NCBI GenBank assembly: GCA_016203665.1
Contig: JACQMJ010000007.1
Coordinates: 1-36,998 of the forward strand
Length of the DNA stretch: 36,998 bases
Source of the DNA: Candidatus Sungiibacteriota bacterium
GTDB taxonomy: Bacteria; Patescibacteriota; Minisyncoccia; Sungbacterales; SURF-37
Reading direction: 5' to 3'
Below the pieces are notes generated by a model, which had not been told where the DNA came from, ran no database searches, and was given only the letters and a program-made list of their open reading frames with translations. Position 1 is the stretch's first letter. Each line of letters starts with the position of its first letter. Made by a program: the position numbers and the translations under genes. Shown piece by piece: positions 31,671-36,998 of the stretch.

Positions 31671-32081
31671 TTATTCTTCAATTTCTGTCATGGCCGAGGA
31701 TGCGCCGAAGACTTCCATTGGCCGCTCGATCTGGTCGCGCAGGTAGTCGCGCTGGGCCCATGATGCGAACGACTTCACGAGCTCCGCGAAGAGCTGATGG
31801 ACGAGATAGAGCTGTTCGGACGGCACTCGTGCGAATTCCACGATGCGGTTGACGAAACCCACGACAGGCAGAGACGGGTTAAGGAGCGGTAGTTCCAGTG
31901 GTTCTTCTGCGAGACTCATCCTCCCTGCGACATCCAGCAGCGCTATGAGAAGCTGGATGATGGCGCGCTCGTAATCCGCGTCCGCGTCCCCGGCTCCCTC
32001 GGCCCATTCATGAGCTTCGTGGGCGAGCCCCCGGATGAACTCCTGTTGTGTGAATGAGCGATGACGCCAGGCTTCAGTCAT
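31671..32081 (-). CDS. Hypothetical acidic protein (136 aa), weak MazG-like helical-pair resemblance
   Basis: GGAAGGAGA SD before the ATG at 32081; the track start is 32111. GLAHEAHEWAE ... LLIALLDVAGRMSL loosely recalls all-alpha NTP-pyrophosphohydrolases, but the second acidic motif is absent. Confidence 0.55.
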   Translation of the reverse strand: MTEAWRHRSFTQQEFIRGLAHEAHEWAEGAGDADADYERAIIQLLIALLDVAGRMSLAEEPLELPLLNPSLPVVGFVNRIVEFARVPSEQLYLVHQLFAELVKSFASWAQRDYLRDQIERPMEVFGASSAMTEIEE

Positions 32082-32184
32082 GGCATTCTCCTTCCGCTGT
32101 GACGCTAGCACGGCGGACTCAATGTAAGCAACACCGCCGCGCGGGAATCCCGCGCGGCGGCAAAGCAGTCCTTTGGCTTGTTGA

Positions 32185-32233
32185 TTTATATTCTCTGACA
32201 GAAAACCGCCGGCGTGAGCCGGCGGTTTTCTGT
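32185..32233 (-). terminator. Strong hairpin terminator of the Cys-repeat gene; also the right copy of the roughly 40-nt direct repeat
   Basis: 16-bp stem ACAGAAAACCGCCGGC-GTGA-GCCGGCGGTTTTCTGT at 32198-32233, directly after the stop at 32236. Confidence 0.75.
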
Positions 32234-32235
32234 AT

Positions 32236-34503
32236 CTACCGCCTGCCTTTTAGGAACCGCGTAAAACTCTGAAGCGCGTTTGCGGCATTTTCCTGGATGC
32301 CGCCGGGGCGCGAGCTTGTCGGCGCCGATGGCAGGATGCAAGCCGTTCCATTCCACGAGCCGCCGCTCTCGGTGCAGCGCTTGATCTCTTCATCTGCGGA
32401 CGGCGGGATCGCGGAGGGATAAGCCGTTTCTGGAGGCAATGGGTAGCTTCCTTCGGGAGTCAGATTGCGGAGGCGTTCGGTCTCCTCTTGCATTCGGCGC
32501 TGGGTTTCGGCCTCAATTTGCTTCTGGATTTCGGCGTCTATCTGCTGCCGGTTTTGCTGCTGGAACTCCTGACGGATGCGATCGGCATCGGCTCCGCCGG
32601 GGAATTGGCTGTCCGTTGCCCCGCCACCGGGGAATTGTCCTTCCGTAGCGCCTCCGCCCGGGAACGGTACTTGTCCTTCAAATTGGCGCCTGAACTCTTC
32701 GGGTATTTGCCCTTCCTTCCCTTCCGGGAGCTGGCGCCGTCGGAGGGCCTCCTCTTCAAACTGACGCTGGATTTCTTCACGGATGCTTCCGGGCTTCCCT
32801 TCGCCGTCAAATCCAGGCGGCGGACCGCCGTGGTCCGGACCTCCGGGCGGGCCGGCGAGCGCGGCGCATTTCTCGGCGTTTTCCGGCTGCTGGCAAAGAG
32901 CCATGCATTCCTCGCGCGAGCGGCAGTTTAAAGTTTTGGCAAAACCAGCTTCTTCCGGATTTATCTGCCCGGATTTAACGGAAAATTGAACGCACTCCTC
33001 GCTGTTGGCTGGATCTTTGCAAAATTCCTCGCATTCGTCCCTGGAACGGCATCCGCCCGGACCCGAGCCGCCGGCCTGGCGCGCCATCTCGGCGTCCTCG
33101 GATGAAATGAGGCCGGTTCGCTCGGCAAAGGAAACGCAATCCTCAACATGCTCCGGGTCGCCGCAATAGGCCTCGCACTGCTCCTTGGAACGGCATCCGC
33201 CCGGGCCAGCGCCTCCGGTTTTACGCGCGAGTTCGGCATCTTCTTTTGAAATAAAGCCGCTGCGTTCGCCGAAGTCAAGGCATTCCTCAAGGTGTCCCTC
33301 CCCGCCGCAGTAGGCTTCACATTGCTCTTTTGAACGGCACCCGCCCGGCGTCTCGCCGCGCTCCATCAGCGGGAGGAATTTTTTGGCCTGTTCAAGCTCC
33401 TCCGGCGGTATTAAGCCGTTTGATTCGGCAAAGGCCAGGCATTCGCGCATGTTCCCCGGCTGCTGGCAGTAGGCCTCACAGCTTTCTTTTCTGGTGCATC
33501 CGCCCGGCGTTTTGCCTTCCTTTATAAGCGGCAGCATTTTTTTGGCTTGAGCCAGCTCTTCCGGCGGTATCAGGCCGGATCGTTCGGCAAAGGCCAGGCA
33601 CTCTTCCATGTTGCCCGACTGCTGGCAATAAGTTTCGCATTGCGCCTTCGTGGTGCAGCCGCCGGGGAATTGAACGCCTTCGCGCCGCACTTTGGCCACG
33701 GCCTGCGCTTCTTCAAGCTCTTTTCCAGAAAGGAACCCGTTCTTCTCGGCAAATTCCAGGCACTCGTCAATGCGCGTGATGTCCTCGCAATAGGCCGCAC
33801 AGCTCTCGCGGCTGGTGCATCCGCCCGGCCCCCTGCCGCCGGCTTCGGCAAAGCGGCGGCCCTCGGCTGCCTCCTCGGCCGTAATAAGGCGGTGCGATTC
33901 GGCATAGGCGATGCATGTTTTAATGTTGGCCAGCTCTTCGCAGTAAGCGCGGCAGGAGACTTCACTGCCGCAGTTTCCAAGCTCGGCAATGGGGTATTTT
34001 AATTCAGCCTTGACTGCCTCGGCTTCAGCTTCGCTTTTTGCCGGTCGAGAAGTTGGCGTCTCGGCTGCAGCTTCGCTCTCTGACGCTTTCTCTTCCGGAG
34101 CCGGCGGCGGTGCCGGCGGCTTGAGCCGCTTTGATCTCGTAGCCCCGTCTTCGGGCGGCGGGATTTCCAGCTCATCGGTGTTGCCAGAGCAGTCGGTAAT
34201 GCTTGCCGCCATGACCGGCGTGAAGTCGGCCGGGTCCGCGAATAGGACGTTCGTATTCTGGAACACTCGCGGGCACTTGGCGATCTCGCCGCCGTAGGGC
34301 CCTTTACCGGATGGCACAAGCGAGAAAGATTTGATGCCGTCGCCGTCATTGATGGTGAGCGTGAAAAGGCCATTGGAATCTTTTTTCAGCGAAACAAAAG
34401 CGCTGGCGGCGCCGGCTGTCCCGGCGGCAAACAGCATGGCCGCGGCGAGCAAAATTGCGCCAGCGGCATGCGCCGGCTTGAGGCTAATCAAATGGGTTTT
34501 CAT
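32236..34503 (-). CDS. Secreted 755-aa protein with eight tandem 4-Cys modules and a Q/E/R-rich C-terminal region
   Basis: Signal peptide MKTHLISLKPAHAAGAILLAAAMLFAAGTAGAASA. Eight modules with strict C-x5-C-x3-C-x8-C spacing (e.g. PGGCRSKEQCEAYCGDPEHVEDCVSFAERTGLISSEDAEMA). QFPGGGAT repeated three times. Confidence 0.8.
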   Translation of the reverse strand: MKTHLISLKPAHAAGAILLAAAMLFAAGTAGAASAFVSLKKDSNGLFTLTINDGDGIKSFSLVPSGKGPYGGEIAKCPRVFQNTNVLFADPADFTPVMAASITDCSGNTDELEIPPPEDGATRSKRLKPPAPPPAPEEKASESEAAAETPTSRPAKSEAEAEAVKAELKYPIAELGNCGSEVSCRAYCEELANIKTCIAYAESHRLITAEEAAEGRRFAEAGGRGPGGCTSRESCAAYCEDITRIDECLEFAEKNGFLSGKELEEAQAVAKVRREGVQFPGGCTTKAQCETYCQQSGNMEECLAFAERSGLIPPEELAQAKKMLPLIKEGKTPGGCTRKESCEAYCQQPGNMRECLAFAESNGLIPPEELEQAKKFLPLMERGETPGGCRSKEQCEAYCGGEGHLEECLDFGERSGFISKEDAELARKTGGAGPGGCRSKEQCEAYCGDPEHVEDCVSFAERTGLISSEDAEMARQAGGSGPGGCRSRDECEEFCKDPANSEECVQFSVKSGQINPEEAGFAKTLNCRSREECMALCQQPENAEKCAALAGPPGGPDHGGPPPGFDGEGKPGSIREEIQRQFEEEALRRRQLPEGKEGQIPEEFRRQFEGQVPFPGGGATEGQFPGGGATDSQFPGGADADRIRQEFQQQNRQQIDAEIQKQIEAETQRRMQEETERLRNLTPEGSYPLPPETAYPSAIPPSADEEIKRCTESGGSWNGTACILPSAPTSSRPGGIQENAANALQSFTRFLKGRR
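32851..33978 (-). repeat. Intragenic tandem repeat region (8 modules of 43-54 codons)
   Basis: Protein residues 176-551. The DNA also repeats, e.g. recurring GCATCCGCCCGG-type segments. Confidence 0.8.
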
Positions 34504-34768
34504 AAGTTCCGATAAAAGGATTTGTCTCGGTATTTTTAAAAGGGTTCGCTTCAGTCTTGAAAGGATTGGTTTCGGGCAGTTCGTCTTTCAGCGGATTTTG
34601 GGCTTTCTCATAAATTTCTCCGCCGATGGTCTGGGCCGGCACTTCCGGGGGCTTTACGGAGCGCCGCTGCCAGTACCAAATTCCTGCCGCAGCGAGTGCT
34701 GCGGCGAGTACCAGGGCGGCAATGAGGCGCGACTTATTCCCTGCCAGTACCCCTCCTCCTATATTCAT
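34484..34768 (-). CDS. Small TM-anchored protein with four NPF motifs
   Basis: MNIGGGVLAGNKSRLIAALVLAAALAAAGIWYW TM, then ETNPFKTEANPFKNTETNPFIGTYENPF. The 3' end overlaps the next gene's start by 20 nt. TATACT lies 7 nt upstream of the ATG at 34768. Confidence 0.6.
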   Translation of the reverse strand: MNIGGGVLAGNKSRLIAALVLAAALAAAGIWYWQRRSVKPPEVPAQTIGGEIYEKAQNPLKDELPETNPFKTEANPFKNTETNPFIGTYENPFD

Positions 34769-34838
34769 ATTGTTCAGTATATACCATATCCAAGGTAACA
34801 AGCCTTGAGATATTCACAGTCCGCGGCGGTTTTTGGTT

Positions 34839-35174
34839 TTAAGCGAAGAGCGCACTGAGCCCGATGGCGAGCGCGGCCAATACCGCGAGGATGAAGAAAA
34901 AAACCAGCCCCACCGCGCTCCAGAAAATAATTTTTAGCGCTTCTATCCTGTGGCCGCCAAAGAAAAGGTAGGCCGGATACGCCAGAACAGTGGAGCTTGA
35001 AATGAGCGCCGAGATGACGAAGGCAAGGAGAAAAAGCGTGATGCCGGCGATCGGATGGATGGCAACGGCGCGCGCCTCTGTCAGGGTCCGCATTTGATAG
35101 GCAAGCGTCGCGAAGAGTGCGACGTAGGCGGCGATGCCGGCCGCTTGGAGAAAACCGACGGTTCGAGGTTTCAT
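34839..35174 (-). CDS. Integral membrane protein (111 aa, 3-4 TM)
   Basis: Hydrophobic throughout, with a basic N-terminus MKPRT. Confidence 0.6.
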   Translation of the reverse strand: MKPRTVGFLQAAGIAAYVALFATLAYQMRTLTEARAVAIHPIAGITLFLLAFVISALISSSTVLAYPAYLFFGGHRIEALKIIFWSAVGLVFFFILAVLAALAIGLSALFA

Positions 35175-35231
35175 GCCAAATTATACCACTGTGCACTGGC
35201 GGCAGTTTGTGATGCGCGTCGGCCAAAGGAT

Positions 35232-35702
35232 TTAATTGATGCCGAGCATCTCCACCTCAAAGATGAGCGTGGCGTTCGGCGGGATGACGTCTCCGGCGCC
35301 AGCCGAGCCATAGCCAAGCTCGGGCGGAATGGTAAGGCGGCGCTTCTCCCCTATCTTCATGCCGAGGAGGCCCTGATCCCAGCCGCGGATAACCATGCCA
35401 TCTCCAAGGCGGAAGGAGAAAGGCGCGCCGCGATCCAGGCTGGAGTCAAATTTGCGGCCATCATCAAGCGTGCCCGTATAGTGGACGGCCAGGGTATCGC
35501 CGGATTTTGCGCCTGCGCCAGTCCCCTCTTTCAAGGTTTCGATCTTGAGATCTTGGTCCATAGATTTTTCTTGGGCCGTTGCATTTTGTCCGGGGCGGTC
35601 AACTTCCGCGGTTTTATTCCGATAATCAAAAAAGTAATAGGCGCCGGCTATGGCGATGATTACCGCGGCGGCAAGCGCAGCCAAGACGCTCTTACCAGAC
35701 AT
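35232..35702 (-). CDS. FKBP-type peptidyl-prolyl cis-trans isomerase with an N-terminal membrane anchor
   Basis: [62 protein letters not shown]. Start at the ATG at 35702 ([24 protein letters not shown]); the upstream track extension is Arg-rich. Confidence 0.88.
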   Translation of the reverse strand: MSGKSVLAALAAAVIIAIAGAYYFFDYRNKTAEVDRPGQNATAQEKSMDQDLKIETLKEGTGAGAKSGDTLAVHYTGTLDDGRKFDSSLDRGAPFSFRLGDGMVIRGWDQGLLGMKIGEKRRLTIPPELGYGSAGAGDVIPPNATLIFEVEMLGIN

Positions 35703-36061
35703 GTCCTTTACTCTATAACGAAGCAGCGAAGAAAAAAAAGCGCCGGAGGAGTTATGCGGTATGCATCGCCGGCCACGAGCGCCGCTGGCAGCCACGGTTG
35801 CGCCTGCCCGCCTCTGATGAGAACCTTTCAAGGCAAGGCCGTTAGGGCGTTTTTGAAGACGGCTCCCCTCTCCTTAGCGAGGTCTGCCCGCCCGAAGCTT
35901 TCTTGTCCGCATAGCTTTAGCAGCGGCGGAAGCGAAGGCGGGGGTCTTGGTCAGGGTCATTTTCATGGTTCTGGAAGTAGATGGGATAATTGGGACATAA
36001 GAACGGGTATTTTTCGTATCTCATTTTCGTACTCTTCGACCTACTAAATTATGAGGTCTTT

Positions 36062-36101
36062 TGAAAAGAAAAGCACCCCGACCGTTGTTTTGGTGGGGTG
36101 C
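36062..36101 (-). terminator. Rho-independent terminator of the methyltransferase gene
   Basis: GCACCCC / GGGGTGC stem, then on the minus strand TTTTCTTTTCA. Confidence 0.65.
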
Positions 36102-36118
36102 GTAACGAGCATTCATCG

Positions 36119-36916
36119 CTACTTCTCGAAAACGATGAGCTGATTGGTGTACGGCGGGAGTTCACCGCGAACGCCCTTCGACCATCGGTTCTCGATGATC
36201 CAATCGTTGCGAATCGGCTTCGCCTCCCGCACGGTGAGACCGAGAACGCCCGCAACCTCGCGATAAAACGAAATCGGAAGCGCGGTGTAGACCTCGCGAA
36301 GCTCGAGATCCCAATGCTGGGTATAGTCCTTCTTTGCGAGGAACTCTACCGCCACGCGCACCGGAAGAGTGCCGCGGCGCGTCGCGGTTTGATGCATGAC
36401 CGTGACGGGTCCCTTCGATTCCGGCCACCGGCTCTCGAAGTTACAGAAGCGCTGGTAGGTCTCGAGATCGAACTCGAGTTCGAGTGTTGTCCCGTCTTCC
36501 TCCGGCGACCAGATGTCGCGGATGATGATGGAGCCGCCCGACTTCAACTCCCGCGCGGAGTTAGCGAGGCACACGACCGCGGCCGCGCGCGAGCAGCCGT
36601 GATACGAGTAAACCTCGTGCATCACGGAGCTCAAGATGACGTGGTTCACGAATCCGTCGGCGAAGACCGGATCCATGATGTCGGCGTGAATCGCACCGGG
36701 CTCGTCCTTCCAGAGTGAATCCGAGAGATCGACGCCCACGATCTTGTGACCCTTCGTTGCGAGGTACCTCGCGAGCGCACCCGTACCGCAACCGCGATCG
36801 ACGACGAGTCCGCCCTTGAGCCACGGTTCGATGTCATTGATCTTGGCTTCGAGGGCTGCGTCCATCGAAGCTCCGTATGCATCGTAGAACCGACCGAACG
36901 GAAGCTTGGCTTCCAT
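36119..36916 (-). CDS. Class I SAM-dependent methyltransferase
   Basis: VVDRGCGTGALARYLATKGHKIVGVDLS (motif I plus the acidic post-I residue). The second ATG at 36916 is preferred because AAGGAG lies 6 nt upstream of it. Confidence 0.85.
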   Translation of the reverse strand: MEAKLPFGRFYDAYGASMDAALEAKINDIEPWLKGGLVVDRGCGTGALARYLATKGHKIVGVDLSDSLWKDEPGAIHADIMDPVFADGFVNHVILSSVMHEVYSYHGCSRAAAVVCLANSARELKSGGSIIIRDIWSPEEDGTTLELEFDLETYQRFCNFESRWPESKGPVTVMHQTATRRGTLPVRVAVEFLAKKDYTQHWDLELREVYTALPISFYREVAGVLGLTVREAKPIRNDWIIENRWSKGVRGELPPYTNQLIVFEK

Positions 36917-36998
36917 GAGCATCTCCTTTGGTGTTTAGTTTTACTGAAGGAGCAGTCTTTTATTGCGTGAATGGCAGTGTTGCAGAAATATATTATAA

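Noticed and set aside
35055-36047. 330-aa plus-strand ORF
   Set aside because: It lies antisense to the well-supported FKBP gene and runs through REP-like and terminator sequence. Its composition is Arg/Gly/Ala-rich with no motifs or SD. This is a typical high-GC shadow ORF.
20967-36916. Integrated prophage or integrative element bounded by the tyrosine recombinase
   Set aside because: There is no tRNA or att-like duplication at the recombinase, and no capsid, terminase, replication or conjugation genes. The recombinase has XerC/D-type motifs and sits at a strand-convergence point, so a chromosomal Xer/dif role fits better.
1-36998. Alternative genetic code (UGA recoding, as in some CPR lineages)
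   Set aside because: TGA terminates well-supported genes at the expected protein ends (aspS at 6368-6370, murD at 14323-14325). No conserved gene requires read-through.
1-36998. tRNA, rRNA, tmRNA, RNase P or SRP RNA genes in the intergenic regions
   Set aside because: I inspected the larger gaps (2970-3120, 20832-20966, 21918-22064, 30753-31307, 35703-36118) by eye and saw no cloverleaf or conserved-core signatures. This is a weak negative that should be confirmed with tRNAscan-SE and Infernal.

Overview
This is a high-GC bacterial window read by eye, with no searches run. All family calls rest on recalled motifs, and hairpin coordinates are good to about 2 nt. Gene content looks like a reduced-genome Patescibacteria/CPR-type organism, but that is inference only: a compact mraY-murD-ftsW-murG block, scpA/scpB, a YerC/TrpR-like gene, a GAD-less AspRS, and many small exported proteins. 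TGA terminates well-supported genes such as murD and aspS, so the standard code applies.

Layout:
- 1-2826 (minus): a >942-codon ORF that runs off the left edge. The supplied ORF track does not list it.
- 4045-20831: 16 housekeeping and cell-envelope genes plus two micro-ORFs, all on the plus strand.
- About 20.9 kb: this block converges on a block of roughly 20 genes that are almost all on the minus strand (20967-36916). At the junction sit a single Xer-type recombinase and an adjacent dif-like palindrome.
- The minus block is accessory-like. It holds exported Pro-, Gly- and Cys-rich proteins, an orphan response regulator, an orphan ZAS-like protein, a Cas4-like nuclease, and three intergenic repeat families.

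Best candidates for something undescribed:
1. The unlisted ORF fuses a MerR-type HTH, one TM helix and a phage-tail-fibre-like repeat ectodomain. A perfect 16-bp palindrome lies upstream of it and occurs again inside it.
2. AT-rich palindromes bracket the YerC-like regulator gene. A 36-bp perfect copy is inserted in frame in murD.
3. A two-gene cassette is flanked by roughly 40-nt direct repeats.
4. A 755-aa secreted protein carries eight 4-Cys modules.
5. Nested CCTTTAGG-loop hairpin elements may be expressed as RNA.

I recognised no rRNA, tRNA, CRISPR array or transposase.
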